Part shown: in pieces, positions 9,347-19,445 of the stretch | Position numbering within the stretch: the stretch's first letter is position 1 | Layout: the number at the start of each line of letters is the position of its first letter | NCBI RefSeq assembly: GCF_000008385.1 | Contig: NC_006833.1 | Span: 510,001-542,000 of the forward strand | DNA: 32,000 bases | Source of the DNA: Wolbachia endosymbiont strain TRS of Brugia malayi | GTDB taxonomy: Bacteria > Pseudomonadota > Alphaproteobacteria > Rickettsiales > Anaplasmataceae | Direction: 5' to 3' | Notes under the pieces: generated by a model | Database searches by the model: none | What the model was told of the DNA's origin: nothing | What the model saw: the letters and a program-made list of their open reading frames with translations, nothing else | Translations under genes and position numbers: made by a program

Positions 9347-10195
9347 TTAAGGCGTGTGCTTAACGTGTTTTTTTACAGCTTCTGCAAATACATATAGCTC
9401 TAATCTAGGAATGTGTATCTCTTTCGCATCTTCAAAATCTACAAAGTCAATCAGATGCCTTTCTATTCCTGCAAGCTCTATTATGATGTCACTCCTGTGT
9501 TCCTGAAAGAAAGTTTTTACTTCAGCAAATGTCATCTTCTAAAAATCACACTCATAGCGTTCTGATAAAACATCAATTAACGGCTGATAATTATATAGCA
9601 ATATTTTCCTTCTACCTCAGGTTTAAGTTGTAAATCTTTTTGATTAACATTAAAACCAAAAGCGTCGCTCTATTATCTTATTCATCATGTACGCACAAAC
9701 ACCTACTTTGCTTTCACTGAAAGTACGACTTAAAGGAGTTAATCCATCAGAATTCACTGCATTAATATCTGCTCCGTTATCAATTAGAAGCTTTACCACA
9801 CTTATGTTGCCATATGCTGGATGAAAAGGTGTTCTACCACTGTCGTTTTTGCATTAACCTCTACCCCGTTGTTGATTAGAAGCCTTACTACATCTATAGT
9901 ATCATTGTCAACATCATCATGTAAAGGAGTGTCACCATACTCATCCTTTGCATAAATATTTGCTCAGTTTTCAACTAGAAACTTTGCCATATCTCTATTA
10001 TTTTCCATGATAGCCAAACACAAAAAAGTAGATCCGGTTTCATTCGCTGCATTAGCACTTCTTTCCTCTTTTATTAATTTCTCAATCTTATCTAAATCTC
10101 CATATAAAGTTGATGTAAATTACATTGACAACGCAGTATTACTACCAACTTTATTTTCTGACTCTAGAGTAATTAGTGCCCAGCGTGTTGATTAT
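9347..10195 (-). pseudogene. Second ankyrin-repeat gene remnant with a non-ANK C-terminal tail
   Basis: Minus-strand frames give YGDLDKIEKLIKEERSANAANETGSTFLCLAIMENNRDMAKFLVEN*, then DEYGDTPLHDDVDNDTIDVVRLLINNGVEVNAK, then GRTPFHPAYGNISVVKLLIDNGADINAVNSDGLTPL. These are broken by stops and frameshifts. The tail frame ...QPLIDVLSERYECDF* is followed one codon later by ORF 9347-9535 (MTFAEVKTFFQEH...). Confidence 0.65.
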
Positions 10196-10519
10196 TTAAA
10201 AAATTTTTTAACTAAGCACACTCAATTGCAGAAATCGATTAACGCACTATAAACATTGATGCAATAAGGCCGTTGGTACAGGTTTGTATACCTTTAAAAT
10301 TAAAGAACGGAAAGGAGCTAAGTGCACGCTATATATTTACTTACAGGTGACGCGACAATAAATAGCTAATATCATCACATCATTCTTCATTACCACCTAT
10401 GGATTAGAAGCAAGAAAAATGAATATTCATAGAAGAGGAACACAAGCTATATTTTTTATTGACTTATCTATATTCTATAACTTACATTAATAAGCAAGTA
10501 AATGAGTGTTGTTAATATA

Positions 10520-11650
10520 TGACCAATGAAATGATATTTTATACAGAATAGCCAGTAGTTTGTTATTGGGAAAATAAAAATGAAGAGCATAGTTCACATG
10601 AAGATAAAGAACTTATGATGAAATGAAAAAAAGAGTCTGCGTAATTCAAGTACCGATTATGTAGAAGACTACTTTAGAAGGTATTAAACGGATAGTAGAT
10701 AAACACCTAAACAAGGACTGAGGCTAAATTTATGTTACAGAGGTAAGAACGATAATTAGGATGAAACTTTCACAAATTTTACATTTGGAAAAATATTAAA
10801 TACTCTTTCTAAAATATCCTGTTGCCCTGTAGATAGTAGAAGATGTGAATTTCCTTTCATTTCAGATGAACAAGACTACGATAACAAATATGGTGATGAT
10901 GAGGATGAATTATCTGAAAAAGTTCAGACATCATGAAATATATCATTAGCAAGTTAGTGCTACAAGATGGAAAAATAAGACACAGTTTTTACCATGATAA
11001 TGGTATGATAGAACAAGAAATTAGTAGGTTTGTGGACGATCTTAATGCGCAATGTAAGAAGATTAAAAGCGATCTAGAAAAAATAGCATATGAAAGTATT
11101 GTAAGCAGAAGCAAGCAAATTCAAAACAGATTGGAGGTAGAAAGAGATAATAAATATCTTTATGTAAAATATATAAAAGATAGTGTTGTTAAACCTGCAA
11201 AAATCATAAACAATCAGGAAGTAGAAAAGCTAGGATTAAGAGTTTACATATTATAGATCGGAGAAAGTACAGCAAAAATTGAAAAAGATAAAGATGGAAA
11301 AAGAAATTATACTGATATCTTAGGCAGCACTGAAATGTCTTTTACTACTAGAAAAGGGGAGATCAGTATTCATCTACATCCTAGTGAATAAGATAGTAAT
11401 AAAATAAAAGTAGTGTTTGCTAACGAGGAAAGCAAAGCAAGGTTTAATAACTTAGAAGACAAACAAGTTTAGAACTAAGCTGTCTCTTAGAGAGGAAAAG
11501 TGTTGCAAAAGTCATAGGTAAGAGTTTTGAAAGAAATGGTAATGTACCTACAGAATTAACTGAGGCTATTAAGCAACAGAATGTTTCATCTACTTTCACG
11601 CATGTTTATTTGTTACTACAACAGGAAATAAGAATAGCTCCAGGAGGGTA
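10520..11650 (+). pseudogene. Heavily decayed gene of unknown function
   Basis: ORF 10933-11256 (107 aa) is flanked on the same strand by coding-like stretches in shifting frames. Upstream reads ...FPFISDEQDYDNKYGDDEDELSEKVQ. Downstream reads IGESTAKIEKDKDGKRNYTDILGSTEMSFTTRKGEISIHLHPSE*..KIKVVFANEESKARFNNLEDKQ. Many stops interrupt them, and I recognise no family. Confidence 0.4.
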
Positions 11651-11939
11651 AAAATTGATATTATTTTAGAATAAAAACTAAAAAGTTAATTACAGATGTT
11701 CATATATGCTAAGTCAAGGAGGCAGAAGGGGTAGTATAAATGCTCATTAAAAATTCTAATAATTTAGAAGCTTTTCTAATGCTAAGTATACTAACTGAAT
11801 TTAATGAAGCCAAAAGTCTTGCATTAGTTTTGACTATATCAATTCTTCTGTCAGTTACTCTTGTCTTTTATAGCAAAGTTGCGCGGACTACCTACTTATT
11901 TCATCTATATTTCTACTTTGTATTACTCTTTACCTTATG

Positions 11940-12774
11940 ATTCTTAGAAGGCAAAAGCGGTGCCTATTTCTTGGCCGGCTTTCTGCTCTTACAGAGTTTG
12001 AGTTTACTATTCTCCTTTTGCAAATCAGTATTCAATAACTTTGATACCTCTCATTCAGCTATTCACCTTTATAGTACTTCTCAAGATCTTCAAATTGCTC
12101 TTTACTTTCTATTGTTACTTTAGTTAGAGAATCAGCAATATCTTTGTGTATTTTTTGATTATCTATTGGCTTATCATCGTTAATAGTAACTTTATCCTTT
12201 TCTTGTCCACTACTTACTTATAGCCCTGTCCTTTGATTCTTGTTGCTGCTTTTCTTTTAAATAAGCTGTAAATAGCATCTATTGTTTTTTGACTATACTC
12301 CTTAAAAAGAAGTTTGATTGTCCTAAGTTTCTATGCTAGGGAGATGGGTTTAGAGTATGTTTTTGTTTTTTACTCTCACCACCAACAATCATATCATCGC
12401 TCAATCTTCTCTTTATTAGAAGGCAAAAGTGGCGATTCTTGAGTACTCCTATGTACAGATTTTTCTTGTGTTTTCAATAATGTATTTCGAATATCTTAAG
12501 ATTCTGGTGTATATGTTCCTCTAGTGCTATTTCTGATACTTTAAACCCTTGTATTACCCTATCAGGAGCATTCTATACTATCTCCTTAACCCTCTGAAAT
12601 ATCTATTAATTTACTCCTCTTGACAATAATTTCTTTCCCTTACCTACGGCTCACACCGTAACTCTGCTCTTTAATTGCCTTTATTGCCTCTTCTTTAAAC
12701 AAGTCTTGAACATTATGTACTTCCTTTTTGAATCTATGACTGTCTTCAATAAAAACAAATTTAATTATTTTCAT
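11940..12774 (-). pseudogene. Decayed gene of unknown function
   Basis: The minus strand from ATG 12774 reads MKIIKFVFIEDSHRFKKEVHNVQDLFKEEAIKAIKEQSYGVSRR*, followed by coding-like text with frequent stops. It contains a ~30-45-bp internal direct repeat (11943-11973 and 12415-12440). Confidence 0.3.
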
Positions 12775-12899
12775 TTTTTCTCTAAAAAAATGGTGCGTTT
12801 ATTAACTGTAGAATATACGGGTTTTTTTATTCAAGTTTTCATAATTGGCCTTTATACTAAACTGGTATCTATAAATTTTTGTACTTTTTCTAGATAATC

Positions 12900-13535
12900 A
12901 ACACTTTTGTTCTCTTTAAGCACTTGAACGCCCTCAAATTTGATATTTTTACGCCTTCAATACTCAGTCCATTTCCTTCAAGCCATTCCTTTCTCTTGCT
13001 TATTGATTCAACAAACCCATTAACCCTTTTAACATTGTCTGCACTATAACTAATCAGCGTATTACAATTTTTGGTAGCTAACTATTGTGGTTGTTTTATA
13101 CTCTACAATTGCCTTATAAATGTGCAAATTCTTCCCAACTTGATTTTATTGTCCCTTAACAGTTAACCTATGCAACTGAGTATTGTAGTTTTCTAGAAAT
13201 TCACCAAATACAGAAATACGTTCTCCAAATAAATCCAAACGATCTTCCACAACTCTTCTTACAGCATTTGAATATCCCGTGTACGATACAATATTAACTT
13301 CCACTCCGTTTAAAAGTGCAGACTACAATACGGATTTTAATGTCTACTCACTTTTACTCTGCCTGTATTCTCTAGAAAATTTCTTATATCGGTATCAGTA
13401 ACTGAATACCCCACCTTAGAATTAAAATCGCTTCTTTTTATTCCAGAATATTTACCAGCAAAAGCATTACACGTGTACCCATTAGTAATAGTGGTATCAA
13501 AGTCAGATATTAATAGGGCATATTTCCTGTAGCCA
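12900..13535 (-). pseudogene. HAD-superfamily phosphatase-like remnant
   Basis: The minus strand reads YGYRKYALLISDFDTTITNG..., a DxDxT motif I at the expected N-terminal position, but with no in-frame start. Later fragments such as LNGVEVNIVSYTGYSNAVRRVVEDRLDLFGERISVFG lie in other frames, with multiple stops. Confidence 0.3.
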
Positions 13536-13697
13536 TACCTTTACCTCTCAACTCTCACAAATCAATAGATAAAGGATAATACTAGCAGGCTAACTATTTA
13601 TAAAAACACTAAAATAGTTAAATATACAAGCAATATGCACAGCTGGTTAAAAGTAGGCTATTTTGCGAGTTTTTCGATATGTTAAATAAAATACCCA

Positions 13698-13770
13698 TGG
13701 GCAATGACAGACTTGAACTGTCGACCTCCTCGGTGTAAACGAGATGCTCTACCAGCTGAGCTAATTGCCC
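13698..13770 (-). tRNA. tRNA-Val (anticodon UAC)
   Basis: The reverse complement GGGCAATTAGCTCAGCTGGTAGAGCATCTCGTTTACACCGAGGAGGTCGACAGTTCAAGTCTGTCATTGCCCA folds as a cloverleaf. Acceptor stem is GGGCAAT/ATTGCCC, anticodon loop TTTACAC, and T-arm GACAG-TTCAAGT-CTGTC. Confidence 0.93.
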
Positions 13771-13782
13771 CTTTGAAAGGTA

Positions 13783-13811
13783 ATTCTATAACTCAATAGT
13801 ATTATTGTAAA
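13783..13811 (-). promoter_or_regulatory. Candidate sigma70-type promoter of tRNA-Val
   Basis: The minus strand reads TTTACA-N17-TAGAAT, followed by 12 nt before the mature tRNA 5' end. This is nearly the same layout as upstream of tRNA-Asn. Confidence 0.4.
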
Positions 13812-13903
13812 CAAAAAGTAGAATCAAATGCAGCCTAATTTCTAATTGACCATTTGCTTAACTAAATGTTAATATTAAAATCACTTCGGTCAAAGTACAG
13901 AAA

Positions 13904-16606
13904 ATGCAAGACAATATAGTACCAATTTCAATAGTGAAAGAACTGGAAGATTCTTATCTCTCCTACGCAATGAGTGTGATTATAAGCCGTGCTATACCTG
14001 ACGTGCGAGATGGATTTAAACCTGTTCATAGGCGCATATTATATGCAATGTCGAAGGCTGGATACGATGCTGGCAAGCCATATAAAAAGGCAGCTCGTAT
14101 AGTTGGGGATGTAATGGGGAAATATCATCCACACGGTGATGCAGCTATTTATGATTCCTTAGTCAGAATGGCTCAAGATTTTTCTCTTCTTCTACCACTT
14201 ATTGATGGGCAAGGTAACTTTGGTTCGGTAGATGGAGATCCACCAGCTTCAATGCGATACACAGAAGCAAGACTTCAAGGAGTGTCACACTTCTTATTGA
14301 ATGACATTGATGAAAATACAGTTGACTTTAGACCAAACTACGACGGAAACGAATCTGAGCCTGTTGTACTGCCTGCAGAATTTCCGAATTTGTTAGTAAA
14401 TGGTGCAAGTGGTGTTGCAGTTGGTATGGCAACCAATATTCCTCCTCATAATCTTGGAGAAATAATTGACGCCTGCGTGTTATACATAGACAACCATGAA
14501 GTAACCTTAGATGAATTGCTTAAAGTAGTACCAGGGCCAGATTTTCCGACAGGAGGAACAATTCTTGGTAGGTCTGGAATAAGATCAGCGTTTGCTACAG
14601 GTCGAGGCTCAATTGTTATACAAGGTAAAACTCATATAGAAGACCTGCCACAAGATAGGCAAGCAATAGTTATTGATGAAATACCTTACCAAGTAAATAA
14701 AGTGAAATTAATTGAGAAAATCGGTGAACTTGTAAAAGAAGAGAAAATTAATGGCATAACAGAAATTAGGGATGAGTCTGATAAGTCTGGTATTAGGGTA
14801 GTGATTGACCTTAGAAAAAATGCTGCAGCAGATTTTATACTGAATCAAATACTAGGACTTACTCCTCTAAGAAGTAGCTTTAGCGTTAATACTTTAGTTC
14901 TCAACAACAATAGACCTGTTTTGATGTCATTAAAAGAAATCATAGTTGCTTTTGTTGACTTTAGAAAAGAAGTATTAATCAGGAGGACAGAATTTCGTTT
15001 GAGAAAAACGAGAGAAAAAGCCCACATATATATAGGACTTTATATTGCGGTCTTGAGCATAGATGAAGTGATAAAAATCGTCCGAGGTACAAAAGACCCT
15101 GAGGAAGCAAACAAGAAGCTCTTAAATAAAGAGTGGAAAACCTCAGCTGAAATAAACACAATTATTGGCTTGATTTCAGATAGCATGAGCTTTTTGAAAG
15201 ATGGAGTGTATAGATTAACCGAGTTACAGACGAAAGCCATTCTTGACATAAAATTGCAACGTTTAACGGGTCTCGAAAGAGATAAATTAGAAGCTGAGCT
15301 AAATTCAATGGTTAACCTGGTAAAAGAATATATCGCTTTTCTTGGTTCAGAAGAGAAATTAATGAAAGAAATAAAAAATAATTTACAAGAAGTAAGGAAC
15401 AGATTTGCCGTACCACGCAAAACTGTAATAGAAGAATCAGATGCAGACATTGAGGTAGAAGATCTAATCCCACAAGAGGATATGGTGGTAACAGTGACCA
15501 TGAATGGTTACATTAAGCGCGTGAAGCTCTCTCACTATAGGACTCAGCGTCGTGGTGGAAAAGGAAAGTTAGGACAGGGGCTAAAAGAAGAGGATGTAAT
15601 CACAAAATTGTTTGTTGGGAACACCCACACTAGCCTTTTATTCTTTTCCAATATTGGCAGAGTTTATAGATTAAAAGTTTATAAATTACCTCTTGCGGAG
15701 CCAACTGCACGTGGAAGAGCACTTGTTAACATATTCCCTCTTGCTGATGGTGAAACAATTACCAATATAATGCCACTGCCAAGTGAGAGTGATGAAAGTC
15801 AAAATATAGTTTTTGCTACTGCTCATGGAAACATAAGGCGTAACTCTTTAGCTGACTTTCACTATATTCCAAGCAATGGGAAAATAGCAATAAAGCTCGA
15901 TGAAGGAGATAAATTAGTATCGGTCAAAGTATGCAACGAAACTGATCATGTTTTACTTTCAACAATGCTTGGGAAAAGTATTAGATTTATTGTAAGCGAC
16001 GTGCGTCAATTCAAAAGCCGCAATTCGGATGGCGTAAGAGGTATCAAACTTGCAAAAAACGATAGTGTGATATCTATGACCATACTAAACGGTATAGGCG
16101 TTACAACAGAAACAAAAGAGCTTTATCTAAAAGTTCCACTAGCAAAAAGACTAGAAACTGCAGTTAATAACTCCATTGATTCTAAATTAGAAAAAGTTTT
16201 GAACGATTTAGGAATAGATAACAAATTATTCTTAAAACTTGCAGCGAATGAAGAGTTTATACTAACTATTACTGAAAATGGCTTTGGTAAAAGAACTTCT
16301 GCATATGAGTACAGAGTAACCAACAGGGGCGGTATTGGTATTACCAATATTCTTACTACCAACAGAAACGGCAATGTCGTTGCTAGCTTTCCAGTTGAGC
16401 AGGATGACAATATAATGCTTATTACAGATAAAGGAAAGTTAATCCGCATTTCAGTCAACGGAATTAGAATAGCAGGACGTAGTACTCAGGGGGTCACTCT
16501 ATTTAAAACAGAGAGTAGAGAAAAGGTAGTGTCAGCGGCAAAAATTGAAGATCCTGGTTCTACTGAAGAAAATATGCCTGAGATTGGAGATTCTGCGTCT
16601 TCTTAG
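13904..16606 (+). CDS. gyrA: DNA gyrase subunit A
   Basis: 900 aa. Motifs include [28 protein letters not shown], the active-site region [17 protein letters not shown], and C-terminal beta-pinwheel repeats. Confidence 0.97.
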   Translation: MQDNIVPISIVKELEDSYLSYAMSVIISRAIPDVRDGFKPVHRRILYAMSKAGYDAGKPYKKAARIVGDVMGKYHPHGDAAIYDSLVRMAQDFSLLLPLIDGQGNFGSVDGDPPASMRYTEARLQGVSHFLLNDIDENTVDFRPNYDGNESEPVVLPAEFPNLLVNGASGVAVGMATNIPPHNLGEIIDACVLYIDNHEVTLDELLKVVPGPDFPTGGTILGRSGIRSAFATGRGSIVIQGKTHIEDLPQDRQAIVIDEIPYQVNKVKLIEKIGELVKEEKINGITEIRDESDKSGIRVVIDLRKNAAADFILNQILGLTPLRSSFSVNTLVLNNNRPVLMSLKEIIVAFVDFRKEVLIRRTEFRLRKTREKAHIYIGLYIAVLSIDEVIKIVRGTKDPEEANKKLLNKEWKTSAEINTIIGLISDSMSFLKDGVYRLTELQTKAILDIKLQRLTGLERDKLEAELNSMVNLVKEYIAFLGSEEKLMKEIKNNLQEVRNRFAVPRKTVIEESDADIEVEDLIPQEDMVVTVTMNGYIKRVKLSHYRTQRRGGKGKLGQGLKEEDVITKLFVGNTHTSLLFFSNIGRVYRLKVYKLPLAEPTARGRALVNIFPLADGETITNIMPLPSESDESQNIVFATAHGNIRRNSLADFHYIPSNGKIAIKLDEGDKLVSVKVCNETDHVLLSTMLGKSIRFIVSDVRQFKSRNSDGVRGIKLAKNDSVISMTILNGIGVTTETKELYLKVPLAKRLETAVNNSIDSKLEKVLNDLGIDNKLFLKLAANEEFILTITENGFGKRTSAYEYRVTNRGGIGITNILTTNRNGNVVASFPVEQDDNIMLITDKGKLIRISVNGIRIAGRSTQGVTLFKTESREKVVSAAKIEDPGSTEENMPEIGDSASS

Positions 16607-16707
16607 CTGTAGTATTATAAAAACATACTAAGAGTAAAAAGTGCAAGTTTTTGTTGATTAATCTATAGTATTTAAATTAAAATGTATACTACATAGCTGA
16701 GTAGAGG

Positions 16708-17313
16708 TTGATGAACAAGAAATTAACTGAGAATAAAAAACCGCTGGTAGACAAGGAAGATAAAAAAACACCTCCTGTTAAAGGTTTTACTAAAAAAAAT
16801 AAGAGCAGGAGAGATTTTATAACATTAACTACATGCGCTATGGCAAGTATAGGAACTGTAAGTGGGCTTTGGCCACTGATTAAGTCTATGAACCCTTCCG
16901 CCGAAGTCTTGGCAATGTCTACAGTTGAAGTTAATTTATCTGGAATCCAAGAAGGACACGGAATAAAAGTAAAATGGCAAGGTAAACCAGTATTTATTCG
17001 CAGACGTACAAAGCAAGAAATTAAAGCTGCAAGAGTTGTGAATGTAGAGGATTTGAGGGATCCTCAGTCAGATGAGCAAAGAGTACACAAAGGAAAAGAT
17101 GAATGGCTAATTATGGTTGGAGTATGTACACACCTTGGATGTGTACCAGTTGAACATGCTACAAAAGATGGAAATGGTTGGTTTTGCCCTTGCCACGGTT
17201 CATATTACGATACATCTGGTCGAGTAATTGGAGGCCCTGCACCAAAAAATATGGTTGTACCTGATTATTTTTTTCCAAATGAAAATGTTGTGGTAATTGG
17301 CAAAAAGGCTTAA
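16708..17313 (+). CDS. petA: Ubiquinol-cytochrome c reductase Rieske iron-sulfur subunit
   Basis: Tat-like N-terminus (SRRDFITL), Rieske boxes CTHLGC and CPCHGS. The true start is probably ATG at 16711 rather than TTG at 16708. Confidence 0.92.
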   Translation: MMNKKLTENKKPLVDKEDKKTPPVKGFTKKNKSRRDFITLTTCAMASIGTVSGLWPLIKSMNPSAEVLAMSTVEVNLSGIQEGHGIKVKWQGKPVFIRRRTKQEIKAARVVNVEDLRDPQSDEQRVHKGKDEWLIMVGVCTHLGCVPVEHATKDGNGWFCPCHGSYYDTSGRVIGGPAPKNMVVPDYFFPNENVVVIGKKA

Positions 17314-17385
17314 TTAATAACTGTACTTAAGTTACTATAGCCTTAGTTCTTATTTAATTAACTAAACTAAACCTTGCTCTTTTTA

Positions 17386-17815
17386 GGAAGCACAAACAAA
17401 GGAACTACTTGACAAGTTTCAACAACTTCATTATCATAGAGTTAAGGGTATCTCTGATTCACAACTTATTTTTGACCTGCAAGTTCAATAACAAAATTCG
17501 GTAAAAATTTTAGGTATTTATTGGCAGATTGCATCGAGTTATTGCGGTTGTATATCTTTAAAATTTTTCTACATTCAGCTAAGTCATGCTTAAACTAAGC
17601 GTCAGCAAATTATTACAGCGCCAGTTTAAATTATTATAGGGTCAAAACTTGCTATCCGGGGGTTTTTCACCTTTTTTTATATGGTAAATTTCTTAAATAT
17701 TTGTAGCTAAGGATTTACCGACAACCTCTGCCTGTTAGCGAGACCTATGCTAAGAGACCGCATTGGTATAACATAGAACTGTGCTAGCCATAGCAAACTG
17801 AAAATACTTTTTTAA
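17386..17815 (+). repeat. Modular non-coding repeat, copy D (short form, right module truncated)
   Basis: The left module is collinear with the reverse complement of 26860-27127, for example ttattgcggttgtatatctttaaaatttttctacattcagctaa vs ttattgcggctacatgtcttttaaatttttctatattcagctaa. It has a single T-rich joint ggggtttttcaccttttttt + ggtaaatttcttaaatatttgtagctaa. Most of the right-module core is missing. Confidence 0.8.
17409..17437 (+). promoter_or_regulatory. Promoter-like motif carried inside the repeat (copy D)
   Basis: TTGACA(17409-17414)-N17-TATCAT(17432-17437). The same aligned position in copy B has TTGACA(7540-7545)-N17-TACCAT(7563-7568). Copy C, on the minus strand, has TTGATA(27101-27096)-N17-TATCAT(27078-27073). 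Confidence 0.35.
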
Positions 17816-17840
17816 TATTTTTATCAACAAATTAAGTAAT

Positions 17841-18626
17841 TTACATATTATTCGCTAGTAGACAAAATTGTTCAACAGTTAAGTTTTTTGGACGCTCGTT
17901 TCCACTTAATTTAGCATTTTCAAGAGCGGTTTCAGTACGATTCGTTACATTTTGCAAGCTATTCCTTAGCATTTTTCTTCTTTGAGCAAAAACAGCACGT
18001 GTTAATTTTGTTAAGGCTTCCAAATTTACTGCAAATCTTTGTGTAGGTAAAGGCTTCACTGTAATGACCGAAGAGTATACTTTCGGTCTTGGAAAAAACT
18101 CTTTAGGTTCGATATCAAATTCCCTTCTTATATCACATAGTAACTGACTTAGCACTGATAGGGAACCATAATCTTTAGAATTGGGTCTTGCTATAATACG
18201 ATCTGCTACCTCTTTCTGAAACATTAATGTAAAAGTTGTAAAAAGTTTTATTTTATTTAACCACTTTAAAAATAACGCTAACGAAATATTGTAAGGCAAG
18301 TTTGCAATAACTTTTACTGGGCGTTCTATTAGCTCCTCTTCTACAACATAAAGCGCATCTGCTTCTACAATTCTAAACTTTCCCTGGTGTTCATTAAGCA
18401 ATTGGTCATGACATTTTACTAAATTGCTATCCTTTTCTATAGCCAGCAGAGACTTTGGATTATGTGCTAATATCTCCTTTGTCAGGGCACCATATCCAGG
18501 GCCAATTTCAATGACGTTAAAATCTTCCAGATTACCAGCTAAAACAACTATTCTTTTTGTTATCTCACTTGATAAGATAAAATTTTGCCCTAGACTTTTT
18601 TTTGGCTTCAATAAAAATTTTTTCAT
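17841..18626 (-). CDS. rsmA: 16S rRNA (adenine1518/1519-N6)-dimethyltransferase
   Basis: 261 aa. LGQNFL N-terminal motif, SAM-binding VIEIGPGYGALT, and NLPYNIS motif. Confidence 0.93.
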   Translation of the reverse strand: MKKFLLKPKKSLGQNFILSSEITKRIVVLAGNLEDFNVIEIGPGYGALTKEILAHNPKSLLAIEKDSNLVKCHDQLLNEHQGKFRIVEADALYVVEEELIERPVKVIANLPYNISLALFLKWLNKIKLFTTFTLMFQKEVADRIIARPNSKDYGSLSVLSQLLCDIRREFDIEPKEFFPRPKVYSSVITVKPLPTQRFAVNLEALTKLTRAVFAQRRKMLRNSLQNVTNRTETALENAKLSGNERPKNLTVEQFCLLANNM

Positions 18627-18666
18627 ACTACTTCATTATGCAATGCTTTGATAATTATAAAAATAG

Positions 18667-18696
18667 TTGACTGAAATTCATTAGTAATTATATATT
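18667..18696 (+). promoter_or_regulatory. Candidate promoter of tRNA-Thr
   Basis: TTGACT(18667-18672)-N18-TATATT(18691-18696), ending 15 nt before the tRNA 5' end. It lies in the divergent spacer shared with rsmA. Confidence 0.35.
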
Positions 18697-18711
18697 ATTA
18701 ACGTATTTAAT

Positions 18712-18784
<73 letters not shown>

Positions 18785-19264
18785 CGTGTAGTAATGTCAT
18801 ACTTGACCTGAAAGACAAGAATTAACTGGCAAAAGAATGGCTTTGTTGCATTGCTACTTATGAAAGGCTAACTATAGTTAGGGTTATAAGCAACATATTG
18901 AAAATCTTGTTCTTTTGCAATCAATCTGATCAAATTTAAGAATAGTAATTTATTATTTATATTAATAAATTTGATTCTATTTAAAATAGCTAAAGTGTTG
19001 AAATTATTGAATTTTAGCCAAATTAGTGAATGATAGTGAAATTTCTTTTACTCAAATTAGGTATTTACTGACCATTCTTATTATAAATTAAGAGAATGAC
19101 AAGTTACTAATATTCTTCACCTTTCTTGTCTTTAATCACCATAGCTGGCATACAACAAAAGCCAAACGGAAGCTGAAGGAATCAGATTGAGTAAGGAAAA
19201 TTCAAGAAAGCTATAATTTAAAGAGAAAATTTAGTAGAGGCGAGTAATGGTAAAAAACTTTTTA

Positions 19265-19292
19265 TTGACTTAATTTTGTTTTATTCTATAAA
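19265..19292 (+). promoter_or_regulatory. Candidate promoter upstream of tpiA-ispDF
   Basis: TTGACT(19265-19270)-N16-TATAAA(19287-19292), about 155 nt upstream of the tpiA start, in an otherwise ORF-free 660-bp spacer. Confidence 0.3.
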
Positions 19293-19445
19293 CTTAATTT
19301 ATTTTTTATTAGTTCTCATCTAGGTATATACCTTTATGTAAACAAAGGTTAGTAAAATGATAGCTAATCTTGTTAAACTAACAAGCAAGCGTGAGAGGAG
19401 TTCGTTTTAGTGTTGTTTGGGATACTCTCATCCATATAAGTAAAG

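Noticed and set aside
9050-9535. Possible toxin-antitoxin pair (small ORF 9347-9535 plus the fragment ...EVVIYRYFRYLKEEFKKVYVEGKI around 9200-9290)
   Set aside because: I could identify no recognisable RelE/ParE, HicAB, Phd/YefM or similar motifs. The fragments are in different frames with stops and sit within ankyrin-gene debris.
10007-10252. 81-aa plus-strand ORF
   Set aside because: It lies antisense to the second ankyrin-repeat remnant, whose ANK motifs are clear on the minus strand.
11740-12897. ORFs 11740-11940 and 12706-12897 (hydrophobic 63-66-aa products)
   Set aside because: These are F/L/I/Y-rich translations of T-rich DNA in a decayed region. They have no start context or motif support and are likely spurious.
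8100-13700. Prophage (WO-like) remnant
   Set aside because: Ankyrin genes are suggestive. However, I could not recognise any capsid, tail, portal, terminase, recombinase or lysis gene fragment, so only a generic decayed-accessory-island interpretation is offered.
14845-16458. Four minus-strand ORFs (14845-15027, 14979-15161, 15040-15501, 16123-16458) antisense to gyrA
   Set aside because: They lie entirely within the well-supported gyrA CDS. Their products are low-complexity and S/L/F-rich, typical of antisense frames in AT-rich genes, with no motifs.
18785-19445. 660-bp ORF-free spacer between tRNA-Thr and tpiA as a possible ncRNA or additional repeat copy
   Set aside because: It shows no convincing similarity to the four-copy repeat and no conserved structural motif I can recognise (not tmRNA, RNase P, SRP or 6S-like by eye). 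Only a promoter-like hexamer pair is noted.
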